Source: Candidatus Desulfofervidus auxilii
GTDB lineage: Bacteria > Desulfobacterota > Desulfofervidia > Desulfofervidales > Desulfofervidaceae
Assembly: GCA_030262725.1 (NCBI GenBank)
Contig: JAJSZS010000003.1
Location: 1 to 64,000, forward strand
Reading direction: 5' to 3'
Length of the DNA: 64,000 nucleotides
Position numbers and translations under genes: made by a program. Position 1 is the stretch's first letter. Each line of letters starts with the position of its first letter. Shown piece after piece: positions 1 to 8,968 of this stretch. The notes beneath the pieces were generated by a model. The model saw nothing but the letters and a program-made list of their open reading frames with translations, was not told where the DNA came from and ran no database searches.

Positions 1-855
1 TAAGTCAAAATCTTGAAGCCAAGGACGAATTTTTGTTTTTGCTCCTTTTTCTAAAATAATATTTTTTGCCTGAGACAGTGTTTTATAGACAACCTCATAA
101 GGATGTTTAGCAGGATTGGAAAAACCAAAATTACCGCTATTATAATGAGAAGGATAAACCATAGGGCAGATATAGTCAAAATAATTAAGGATATCAACAA
201 ATTTTTGACCTATCCCTAAGTCATGATTGCAAAAAATACTATAGGCAAAAAAATCAATTGAAATAGGCTTGCCCAATGGTTTTAAATTTTCATAAAAATA
301 TTCAAAGCATTTTTTAATAACTTGCGACTTGCTCTTTTTTTGATCCCATCTTGGATAAACTATTTCATTTAAATTTCCCTCAGATGGAAAACGGATATAA
401 TCAAAGTTTATCTCATCAAAACCAATCTTAATTGCTTTTTTTGCTATTTCTACATTATATTTCCAAGCTTCTTTTGCAGAAGGGTCAACCCATTTCCCTC
501 CAAGGTTATCAGTCCAAAAATCTCCATTTTGCTTTTTTAAAGCAATTGATGGCATCTCAACTGCTAATTTTGAATCTTTAAATACAACAATGCGTCCGAT
601 TAGATAGATTTTTCTTTCATGAAGATTTTTAATTATCTCATCAAGTCTATTAACCCAATCAAAGATTAAATTGCCATGACCATCTTTTACATCAATTACT
701 AATGTATTTAGCTCTGTTCTTTCAACTAAATTAATTATATTTTCAACCTTTTTAGAACTAGCCATATTCCAAATGGTAACAAAAATTCCTTTATGTGGAT
801 CGGCGAATAGAGTGTTTGTCCAAAAAATGACAAGGAAAATAAATAATTTCCACAA
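1..855 (-). CDS. Secreted or lipoprotein TIM-barrel-like protein, partial (C-terminus runs off the window). Possibly a DUF187/GHL10-like glycoside-hydrolase-like protein.
   Basis: Reverse-strand translation gives a signal-peptide-like N-terminus (LILWKLFIFLVIFWTNTLFA) followed by DPHKGIFVTIWNMASS...LVIDVKDGHGN. A TTG start lies near 853-855 behind a GGAAAGAGG Shine-Dalgarno. The ORF runs to position 1. Confidence 0.4.
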   Translation of the reverse strand, partial: MWKLFIFLVIFWTNTLFADPHKGIFVTIWNMASSKKVENIINLVERTELNTLVIDVKDGHGNLIFDWVNRLDEIIKNLHERKIYLIGRIVVFKDSKLAVEMPSIALKKQNGDFWTDNLGGKWVDPSAKEAWKYNVEIAKKAIKIGFDEINFDYIRFPSEGNLNEIVYPRWDQKKSKSQVIKKCFEYFYENLKPLGKPISIDFFAYSIFCNHDLGIGQKFVDILNYFDYICPMVYPSHYNSGNFGFSNPAKHPYEVVYKTLSQAKNIILEKGAKTKIRPWLQDFDL

Positions 856-944
856 AATTAATTACCTCTTTCCTTTTAATTTATCGGACAATTCTTTATA
901 TTTGTCCAAAAATTGAATTATAATGGAGAGATAAAATAGACTAT

Positions 945-3900
945 TTAAATATGCAGTTCAATAATGCTTGTTGATGTAAAATCTTTTTTTACTAAGATGT
1001 AGGCTGGTAAAAGTTGTTTAAATTTTTCTAAATGTGTAATAATCCCCACTAATCTATCCTGTTGTTTTAATTGATTAAGCACTTCTGCCACTGCATCTAA
1101 TAGATCCTCATCAAGGCTTCCAAAACCCTCATCAATGAAGAAAAAGTGGATAGGACGTGCCTTTGTCTTTTGAATATATGAAGAAAGGGCAAGAGCTAAA
1201 GAAAAGGAAACCAAAAATGTCTCTCCTCCAGAAAGGGTCTCAATCGGGCGCACATGACCTAAAGACTGGTCATAAATAGAAAAATCAAATTCCTTTTTGC
1301 TCATCTGGATAATAAATTTTTCTCCAATTATATCTTTAAGAATGTAATTGGCTTCATATAAAATATTTTGGAATAAATGTCTGGCTGCAAATTTTACTAA
1401 CGCCTTTCCATAAAGGCAATCTTTTAAAGTGAAAGTTAACCTAATTTCCTCTTCATCTTTTTTGATTTCTGCTTCAAGTTTTTGTTTTTGACTTAATTTT
1501 TGCTCTAAATTTTTTACTTCATTTTCCAATGCCCCTTCTTGATTTTGTAAGTATTTTATTTCTTCTTTTAATCTTTCCAGTTTTTTAAAAGTAGCTTCAG
1601 GTTCACCTGGAGGTAGGATCTGGATGGGCAGGTCGTTTATCTGAGTTGCTATCTGTTTTAATTGCCCTTTGATATTCTCTATTTCTTCTTTCCATTTTTC
1701 AATAGTTTGTTTTAAGGCAAGCATTTCTTTTTCTGAAAGTAAAAGACTTTTTAAGCCTGCTAAATCAAGATGTCTCTTTTTTGTTTCTTTTATAAGAATT
1801 TCTGTTAACTCTTGTTTTCTCTGTATTTTGATCCTTAACTGTTCTTTAGTTTTAACCAATTTTGTTTTGATATTTAAGTAATCATTTTGTGCTTTTTGCC
1901 TTATTTCCTCCAATTTTTGTCTCTTTTTATCTAATTTTTGCCTTTGTTCTTTAACTTGATTAAGGAGTTGCTCAGGAGAGTTTTTGCCAATTTTTTCTAT
2001 TATTTCTGTCTTGATATTTACTAGTTCCTTTTCTAAATTTCCTATCAAACTCAATAAGTGCTTAATTTCTTTTTTATGACCTTCGGCTTTACGCCTTTCT
2101 CTTTGTATTTTTTCTTCTTGCTGTTGCAATTTTTCTGCAATCTCTCTAAGTTCTTCGCTAGCCTTATTTTGCAATTCAAATTTGTTTTGTAATTCATCAA
2201 ACAGATTTTTTAATCCTTTTACATCAAGCCTTAAACCTAATTTCCTTAAAATATTTTCTAGCTCTTTTTCAAAATCAGCAAATTTTTCTGAGTATTGTTG
2301 ATGTTTATCCTGTAATTTGGTATTTATTTGCACCAATTTTTCAACAAGAGGTTTTAAATTTTTTCTAATTTGATTTATTGTTTCTATTTTTTTCTCAAGC
2401 TTTTCTTTTTCCCTCTGAGTGTCTTTTATTTTTGCACTAATCTCCTTATCCTGTGCAGGTTTAGGATGGATAGGAGAACCACAAACAGGACAAGGATGCC
2501 CATGTTTAAGCCTGATGGCCAAACTCACTGCCAGGTGTCTTTGGTGGAAATCTTCTAAAACTTTATCAAAAGTCTTTAATGTCTCCTCACATTTTAGCCT
2601 AAAGTCTTCTAATACATCTACTGCATTTTCAGGTGAAGGCAATTCAATTTCAGGCAGCCATTTCTGCCATATCTTTTTTATTCTTGTCTCGCAGTCTTTT
2701 TTTTCTTTTTTAAATATCTCTATTTTTTGTTTAAGTTCTGCTATTTCCTCTTTCCAGCCTTTTAATTTACCCAAATGAGGAGCATATTTTTGTAAGATAT
2801 TAAAAGTCCTTTTTTCTTCTTCATTGAAGGCATTTCTTTCTAAGGTCTTTTTTGCCCTTTTCTGTCTATGCAACAGGAATTGTTTTTGTGTCCTATATTT
2901 TTTTAAAATATGGGCTATATAATTTAATGCCTGTTTGTTTTCATCTAGCTGTTTTTTATTTTTATCAAGCTGTTTTTGTTTTTCTATAAAATCTTTCTCT
3001 AGTTTCTGCGCCTGTCTGGCGTTTTCTTCCAAATGGGCAAGTTCTTCTAATTTTTGAGGAAGGGTTTCTGCAAATTCTTTTAGTTGTTTTTCTGCAAGTT
3101 GCCATTTTTTCTCTAATTTTGCTTCTTTATTTTGCAAATCTTTTAATAATCTTTCTATTTTAGGGATAGAGCTTTTCAATTCTTCATATTCTTTAAATAT
3201 ATGAGCAAAAGGTGCTATTTCTTCTGCCTGTTTTAAACGCCTTTCTTTCTCTTTTATAATTGGCTCATCTAGCTTTAATTTATTAAGTTTTTCTTCTAAT
3301 TCCTTTTTTCGATATAAAAAATCAGCTAATTTGGTTAAATTTTGGTAATATTTTTCAAGTTTATTTTTGCTTTCTTCCTTTTCTTTTAAAACCTTCTTTA
3401 TTTTTTCAACTTCCTGTTTTTTATCATCTATTACTTTTTTACTTACATCTTTTAATGCCAAAAGTTGTTTTTCTTTTCCTTCCTTTAAGATATTTAACTT
3501 CTCAAAATATTGAGTAACCTTTCTCCATAAAGCTTCACCATAAACCTCAAGTCCAAAAAGCTTTTCTAGCATCTCAGCCCGATTTGCAGGGGAAAGTTTT
3601 AAAAACTCTGAAAACTTCCCTTGGGGTAAAATAACTACCTTTGTAAAGTCTTTAAACTCAAGTCCCAAGATATGATCCAAACGATTGCTTACTTCAGTTA
3701 TTTTTTCTGCAATAGGCTCTTTATGTTCTTTAACTACCTTATAAAGTCTTACATAACTATGGCCATATCTATCTATTCCTCGTATTATCTCATATACTAT
3801 TCCATCAATTTCAAAGTTAAATATTACCTTCAATTGCTTGCTACCTGGATTAATAGCTTCTTTTATAGCCTTTTTATCAAGGCGATCCACCTTCCCAAAA

Positions 3901-4055
3901 AGGGCATAGGTTATAGCATCAAGAATACTAGATTTACCATCACCAGTCTTTCCAAAAATACCAAAAAGGCGATACCGATAAAAAGGACGAAAATCTATAA
4001 TTTGTCGTTCTCTGTAGCTATAAAGACCTTCAATTTCCAAACTAACAGGTTTCAT
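945..4055 (-). CDS. sbcC: SbcC/Rad50-family DNA repair ATPase
   Basis: N-terminal Walker A (GKTGDGKSSILDAI), a very long coiled-coil with a central CPVCG zinc hook, and a C-terminal ABC signature/Walker B (LSGGETF ... FFIDEGFGSLD). Confidence 0.9.
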   Translation of the reverse strand: MKPVSLEIEGLYSYRERQIIDFRPFYRYRLFGIFGKTGDGKSSILDAITYALFGKVDRLDKKAIKEAINPGSKQLKVIFNFEIDGIVYEIIRGIDRYGHSYVRLYKVVKEHKEPIAEKITEVSNRLDHILGLEFKDFTKVVILPQGKFSEFLKLSPANRAEMLEKLFGLEVYGEALWRKVTQYFEKLNILKEGKEKQLLALKDVSKKVIDDKKQEVEKIKKVLKEKEESKNKLEKYYQNLTKLADFLYRKKELEEKLNKLKLDEPIIKEKERRLKQAEEIAPFAHIFKEYEELKSSIPKIERLLKDLQNKEAKLEKKWQLAEKQLKEFAETLPQKLEELAHLEENARQAQKLEKDFIEKQKQLDKNKKQLDENKQALNYIAHILKKYRTQKQFLLHRQKRAKKTLERNAFNEEEKRTFNILQKYAPHLGKLKGWKEEIAELKQKIEIFKKEKKDCETRIKKIWQKWLPEIELPSPENAVDVLEDFRLKCEETLKTFDKVLEDFHQRHLAVSLAIRLKHGHPCPVCGSPIHPKPAQDKEISAKIKDTQREKEKLEKKIETINQIRKNLKPLVEKLVQINTKLQDKHQQYSEKFADFEKELENILRKLGLRLDVKGLKNLFDELQNKFELQNKASEELREIAEKLQQQEEKIQRERRKAEGHKKEIKHLLSLIGNLEKELVNIKTEIIEKIGKNSPEQLLNQVKEQRQKLDKKRQKLEEIRQKAQNDYLNIKTKLVKTKEQLRIKIQRKQELTEILIKETKKRHLDLAGLKSLLLSEKEMLALKQTIEKWKEEIENIKGQLKQIATQINDLPIQILPPGEPEATFKKLERLKEEIKYLQNQEGALENEVKNLEQKLSQKQKLEAEIKKDEEEIRLTFTLKDCLYGKALVKFAARHLFQNILYEANYILKDIIGEKFIIQMSKKEFDFSIYDQSLGHVRPIETLSGGETFLVSFSLALALSSYIQKTKARPIHFFFIDEGFGSLDEDLLDAVAEVLNQLKQQDRLVGIITHLEKFKQLLPAYILVKKDFTSTSIIELHI

Positions 4056-5214
4056 TCTTTAATTCTTCTACAAATTTCAAAAAAAGTCTTACTACAGCTT
4101 CATCTGGTGTTTGATTGTATTTTTCCTTATAAAATTCAACAAAAAGCTCTTCTGGTGTTAAATCTGCTACAGCTATTGGTCTATCAACCCAAAACTTAGG
4201 CATTTCAAAACGAAAACCTAAAAGATTATGACTGTATGCCTGTTTAAGCTTAGCAATTTCTTCAGGACTTGCTGCAATTGCTGGAAAACGCAGAAAAACT
4301 AGACTATTTTTGAAATTCACACTTTGTTCTAAAGCTTCATTAATAGTATTAAAATTAAGAGATTTTACAGGTTTTTGACGAGTAAAAGGATAAAATTCAA
4401 TCTTTCCATCTGGTTGTCTTAATAGCACTCCTTTATTTTGATTTGCTTCCTGTATATCAAAAGGAAAAATAGAGCCAGAGTAAAAAATGTTTTTTCCTAA
4501 ACATTGATAGCGGTGTAAATGACCTAAAGCAATATAATTAGCATATTTTGGGAAAAAATCTAAAGGAATTAATTGTGCTCCACCGATGGTGAAATCCCTT
4601 TCTGAACCAGACTTTTGCCCACCCTGGACAAAAAGATGTGAGACAATAATATATTCGTCTGCTCTATATGGAGGTATGGCCTGCAAAATATTTTTAAGGT
4701 GCACTTCGTAATTTGTGCTAACTTTAAGGCGTGCCTCTGAAGGATATGGCAATAAAAGCAAAGAAATAGATGCATTTTTTGATGGAAAAATAGCCTGAAG
4801 AAAATTCCTTTCTCCTTTAAGCCCAAAATGATTTGTTTTAAAGGAAAAAAGGCTTAAATCATCCTGCGGACTGCCACAAATCACCATCGCATGAAAACCT
4901 GCTGCCAGAGGTTTTGGCACATCAAACTTTTCTGGAGCATCATGATTACCAGCAATAGCAATTACAAGTCTCCTTCCATTAGCCGTTAATTCTCTTAAAG
5001 TGCTATAAAATAATTCCTCAGCCTTAAAAGGAGGATTGTAGCTATCAAAAATATCACCAGCGATAAGTACTACATCCACATCTTCTTTCTCTGTTATTTC
5101 TACAATTTCTTTAAGAATCTCTTGCTGAATTTCCAATAAAGAAAAATCAGTATTTTTAAATGTCTTTCCCAAATGCCAGTCTGCGGTATGAAGTAGTTTA
5201 AGCATTTTAAACAA
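4042..5214 (-). CDS. sbcD: SbcD/Mre11-family nuclease. The ORF track uses a TTG start at 5214. A canonical ATG start lies at 5205, 1 nt after the cas2 stop.
   Basis: Calcineurin-like phosphoesterase motifs: LHTADWHLG, IAGDIFD, GNHD, GHLH. Confidence 0.9.
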   Translation of the reverse strand: MFKMLKLLHTADWHLGKTFKNTDFSLLEIQQEILKEIVEITEKEDVDVVLIAGDIFDSYNPPFKAEELFYSTLRELTANGRRLVIAIAGNHDAPEKFDVPKPLAAGFHAMVICGSPQDDLSLFSFKTNHFGLKGERNFLQAIFPSKNASISLLLLPYPSEARLKVSTNYEVHLKNILQAIPPYRADEYIIVSHLFVQGGQKSGSERDFTIGGAQLIPLDFFPKYANYIALGHLHRYQCLGKNIFYSGSIFPFDIQEANQNKGVLLRQPDGKIEFYPFTRQKPVKSLNFNTINEALEQSVNFKNSLVFLRFPAIAASPEEIAKLKQAYSHNLLGFRFEMPKFWVDRPIAVADLTPEELFVEFYKEKYNQTPDEAVVRLFLKFVEELKNETC

Positions 5215-5497
5215 CTTCTACCTTTTCTTCTTCTAAATAAAAAGGTGTTCTGCCAATATGCTCAATTTTTTCTCTACAATGCTCACAAAGAAAATAATAA
5301 ATTACGCTATCTTCAAGTGGATCAATAATTTTTTCAACCCTTCTCTTCATCTGTTCAAATAAATCTCTTTCAATATAACATTCAAACACACTATAAAGCA
5401 CTCTAAAACCATAATCTTCCATCACCTTTGCTACTTTTCTAAGTCTTTCTTCATCCCTTATATCATAACTTGCCACAATAAATTGTTTTTCTTTCAT
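5207..5497 (-). CDS. cas2: Cas2 (second, distal paralog)
   Basis: 96 aa. Has the N-terminal YDI(R)D acidic motif and a ..RVLYSVFEC.. core. About 45% identical to the adjacent cas2. Confidence 0.85.
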   Translation of the reverse strand: MKEKQFIVASYDIRDEERLRKVAKVMEDYGFRVLYSVFECYIERDLFEQMKRRVEKIIDPLEDSVIYYFLCEHCREKIEHIGRTPFYLEEEKVEVV

Positions 5498-5775
5498 ACA
5501 ATTACAAACTCCTCTTCTTCTGGCACCTCTGCAAATCCACTTATTTCAGCACGCTTGCGACAAGCTCGGCAGATTTGATAAATTCTTACCCTATCTTCCT
5601 TTTCACTTATAATCCTTTCTATCCCTCTTTTTACCTCTACAAGTATCTCCTTTGTCAAAAAACATTCAAACACACTCTTTTGCACCCTATGACCATAATC
5701 TTTTAAAAATTTACGCATCCTATCTCGTCTTTTATCATCAGATATATCATAAGAAATAACAAACAAACTCCTCAT
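5494..5775 (-). CDS. cas2: Cas2 (proximal to cas1)
   Basis: 93 aa. Motifs VISYDISDDKRR...RVQKSVFEC. Overlaps the cas1 stop by 4 nt. Confidence 0.85.
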   Translation of the reverse strand: MRSLFVISYDISDDKRRDRMRKFLKDYGHRVQKSVFECFLTKEILVEVKRGIERIISEKEDRVRIYQICRACRKRAEISGFAEVPEEEEFVIV

Positions 5776-6758
5776 CTAAACACCGCTGCCCTGTATTTAT
5801 CTTCTCCTTTAAGTGCACGCACAAAAAGCCTTGTCTGTTCTTCCATATAGCTTCTATAGCTAATTTTTGCCGCTTTTAAAGGATGTGTTACTTTTTCTGC
5901 CATTTTCCTTTCAAATTGAGAAATAAACTTTCGCCATCCATCTCTAGCCAAATAAAGCCCCTCTTCATCTTTTGTAAAATCCTCTTCTTTTATAACCTTA
6001 AGATTAAAAATACTTAAAATCAATGTATCAACAATTACTGGTCTCCATTCTTCCATCAAATCTAACACTAAAGAAGGTCTACCATAATCTATTGTATGAT
6101 AACAACCAAAATATGGGTCTAATCCAACCATGCTTATAATGGAAAAAATATTGCTAAAAAGCAGTGTATAACCAAGGCTTAAAAGAGCATTAACTGGATC
6201 TTTAGGTGGTCTGCGCTCCCGTTTTAAAAAATTAACCTCCTCTAAAAAACCTTTTGCATAGGCAGAAAAATATAATCTACTTGCACTTCCTTCAATCCCT
6301 CTCAAACTTTCTATATTTGTTTCTTCATCTACCTTTTGAACAAACTTTTTTAATTTCAAAATAGTATCCTCAAGCCCAAGTCCCTTCCTATTTATCCTCC
6401 TAAGTAACATCCTTTGATTTTCTATCTTTCCTTTTATAACTGCCTTTGCTATCTCAAGTTTAAAATCAAACTCTTTTAATCTTTCAAATTGTTTTATCCT
6501 AAGTTCTATATTTTTGCTCATCAAAGGAGAAAGTCTCCCTAAATATTTACCTGATGTGGTAAGAAAAACTGTGTCAATTCCCCTTTTAAGCAAAGTAAAA
6601 ATCACTGCTGGAGAAAGGGAAATCCTTCCAATTATGACTAATTGTTCAAGATTATGAAAATGAATTACTTTTAAGACCTTACCTTCTTTTTTAGCAATTA
6701 ATCTTTCTCCATCCTTATGAAGGCTTAAACCTTGTTCTATTGCATAAAAAATGGACAT
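5772..6758 (-). CDS. cas1: Cas1 integrase
   Basis: 328 aa with a typical Cas1 N-terminus (ISLSPAVIFTLLKRGIDTVFLTTSGKYLGRL). Position immediately upstream of cas2. Confidence 0.9.
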   Translation of the reverse strand: MSIFYAIEQGLSLHKDGERLIAKKEGKVLKVIHFHNLEQLVIIGRISLSPAVIFTLLKRGIDTVFLTTSGKYLGRLSPLMSKNIELRIKQFERLKEFDFKLEIAKAVIKGKIENQRMLLRRINRKGLGLEDTILKLKKFVQKVDEETNIESLRGIEGSASRLYFSAYAKGFLEEVNFLKRERRPPKDPVNALLSLGYTLLFSNIFSIISMVGLDPYFGCYHTIDYGRPSLVLDLMEEWRPVIVDTLILSIFNLKVIKEEDFTKDEEGLYLARDGWRKFISQFERKMAEKVTHPLKAAKISYRSYMEEQTRLFVRALKGEDKYRAAVFR

Positions 6759-6759
6759 A

Positions 6760-8472
6760 TTATTTTCTTAAAATCAAATTTTCTCCTTCAAGCATTAATC
6801 TTATGCCTTCAATTTCATATTCTTTTAAACCCTTCTTTAAAAATGCCTTTTTTAACTCTTTTTCAAGTTTTTGAAGCTTCCATTCAATCCTTTCCTTTTC
6901 TTGATAAAACTCTATAAATATCTTTATTAAATGTTTTAATGAACTTCTTTTTAAACTAAATCTATCTTCCTCAGGTGGTACAAGATAACGATTTATATGC
7001 AATAAAGGAGAAGGATAACGTCCATCACTTAAATCAAACACACAATGACAGTCAAGACTTAGGCTTAATTCTGGCACAAGCTCTCTAATTTTTATACAGC
7101 TTATAGGATTTGGTTTCATAGCCTTTAATATTCGTTTAACTTTAAAAAAATTATAATCAGGTGTAGGATAAAGAATCTGATGCAACAAATTATTATTAAG
7201 CAGACCTATTGTATAAAACAAAATAAGTTTTTCTTGATAATTGAGTATCCGACCTGCTTGTGCTTTCTTTACTAACATATCAATAATTGGACAATTTTCC
7301 CTAAGTTTATTTAATATTTCTTCACTCCCCTTTTTCTCTATCTCTTTTACTCTACGCCTTATAAATGTCTTTATTTCCAAAGGATTAAATTCATTTATTC
7401 TTTTTAAAAATTTAATCTGCTCTAAATAAGGCTCCCCATTTTCATCAATAAAAAGACTCCTTTCATTTGTCTCTTTATTAAGTCCAAGAGGTAGAAAGAT
7501 TGGAGTTTCTTTCCAGCCTATACCAACTGGTTTTGTAGGCAAAAGTGGCTCAACCACAATACCAAACTCAGGATAAGGCAATCTTTGTATAATTTCTCTT
7601 AAAAATCTTTTTACTTGCAAAAAATGAATAAAATCTTCTAAAAATATCCATAAGCGATAAAAAAATTGATTAACCCTTTCTAAATAAGCAGGTATATCAA
7701 AAACATTATTGAGTGTTTTTTGTGCTTCAAGACAATAATCTCTTAATTTTTCGCTCTTTAACATTAAATAGGCTGGCTGTCTTGCATAAAGAAATTTTTC
7801 TCTTTTAGAAATAAAAAAAGCAATAATTCCAGATTTTACATGATTATCACTTCTTAAAGGGAAAAAGAAAAGTGTTTTTTGTCCTAAGATATGTGCTCTT
7901 GCAAAATCTGGCATAAGTGGAAGATTATAAAAAATCAATTGTGAAAGGGCAGTCTTTTTATCCAAAATTTGTTCTGCAAATCCTCTTTCTTTACCAGAAA
8001 AAAGCCTTAAAAAGATTTCTATTTCTTCTTTGCCAAGACTTGGTGGAAAATACCTAATTAATGAATCCTTTTTCTCAATCCCTTTTAAACTTTCACTTGC
8101 CCCTTTTAAATCAAGCTCCTCTAAAAGATTAACCCAATAATTATTTATTTCTTTATCATCTGGAATAAGCTTTATTAACTTTTTAAATGCTCCAAAAGCC
8201 TTTTCTAAAAATCCTGTCTCATAAAAGAGAATAGCCAAAGGTTTTAAATAACGAGGATTGTTGGGAGAAAGTTTTAAAGCCAATCCATAACTTTCTATTG
8301 CCTTTTTTGCTATACCAAGCAATTCAAAAGTCTTTCCCCATTCATAATAAAGCTCTGGGTCATTAAAATCTTTTGAGAAATATCTTAATGCTAATTCTAT
8401 TGCTTTGCCTTCATGCCCTTTTTCAAGCTCTTGCTTGATTAATTTTAGGCAATGATAGCCTACCTGCTGCAT
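6760..8472 (-). CDS. Uncharacterised 570-aa protein. N-terminal TPR repeats (~110 aa) followed by a ~450-aa domain I cannot assign. Translationally coupled to cas1.
   Basis: Long ORF with no internal stops. TPR-like N-terminus (AIELALRYF...YYEWGKTFELLGIAKKAIESYGLALKLSPNNPRY). Its stop codon is 1 nt before the cas1 ATG. Confidence 0.75.
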   Translation of the reverse strand: MQQVGYHCLKLIKQELEKGHEGKAIELALRYFSKDFNDPELYYEWGKTFELLGIAKKAIESYGLALKLSPNNPRYLKPLAILFYETGFLEKAFGAFKKLIKLIPDDKEINNYWVNLLEELDLKGASESLKGIEKKDSLIRYFPPSLGKEEIEIFLRLFSGKERGFAEQILDKKTALSQLIFYNLPLMPDFARAHILGQKTLFFFPLRSDNHVKSGIIAFFISKREKFLYARQPAYLMLKSEKLRDYCLEAQKTLNNVFDIPAYLERVNQFFYRLWIFLEDFIHFLQVKRFLREIIQRLPYPEFGIVVEPLLPTKPVGIGWKETPIFLPLGLNKETNERSLFIDENGEPYLEQIKFLKRINEFNPLEIKTFIRRRVKEIEKKGSEEILNKLRENCPIIDMLVKKAQAGRILNYQEKLILFYTIGLLNNNLLHQILYPTPDYNFFKVKRILKAMKPNPISCIKIRELVPELSLSLDCHCVFDLSDGRYPSPLLHINRYLVPPEEDRFSLKRSSLKHLIKIFIEFYQEKERIEWKLQKLEKELKKAFLKKGLKEYEIEGIRLMLEGENLILRK

Positions 8473-8968
8473 AAAAATATTTTGCTTTTTGTAAAAAATT
8501 ATCTAATTGCTGATAAATCTTCCTTTCTTTAGCAAGTGCGGCAATTTCTTCCCTGCTTCAACTAAAGCATTTTCTACCTTTTTAAATAAGCATCAATATC
8601 TTTAGAATATTTGCATTTTATCATTTTCATACTAATTATCTTTACCACATTTGTAGCCATCAAGTAAATGTTTAAAATTTCCAAAATGGTAATAATCAAT
8701 GCTCTTTTTCTGAATATCTCCAATAAAATTCTTAATTGACTGCTTAATCTACCCTCCCACAAATCCTAAAGTCAGATTTAGAGGCAAAAGACAAAAAGAA
8801 AAATAAAGGAAATTTGCGGGCTTATCCAAAATTTTCTACATCACAAATTCTTTTAGGAAAACAGAGATTTGAACAGATAATAAATTGTTTTGGGCTGTTT
8901 TAACATCCCATCCATGGGATTTTTGCCATCTATCCACTTATCTCCTTCTGTTTTAAGACATTCCTTTC

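Noticed and set aside
870-905. Hairpin GGACAA-N10-TTGTCC after the sbcC 3' end as a terminator
   Set aside because: On the minus strand, which is the transcribed strand for sbcC, the U-run precedes the stem instead of following it. On the plus strand it is followed by A's. It is not a convincing intrinsic terminator.
1669-4199. Several 60-175-aa plus-strand ORFs (1669-1881, 2370-2558, 2419-2778, 3672-4199) antisense to sbcC
   Set aside because: They are low-complexity, Phe/Ser/Leu-rich translations of the reverse strand of a Lys/Glu-rich coiled-coil gene. They have no start context or motifs.
8574-8762. 62-aa ORF in the cas-locus gap
   Set aside because: No ribosome-binding site, no recognisable motif, and it overlaps alternative-frame protein-like fragments. 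I treated the region as non-coding or decayed instead.
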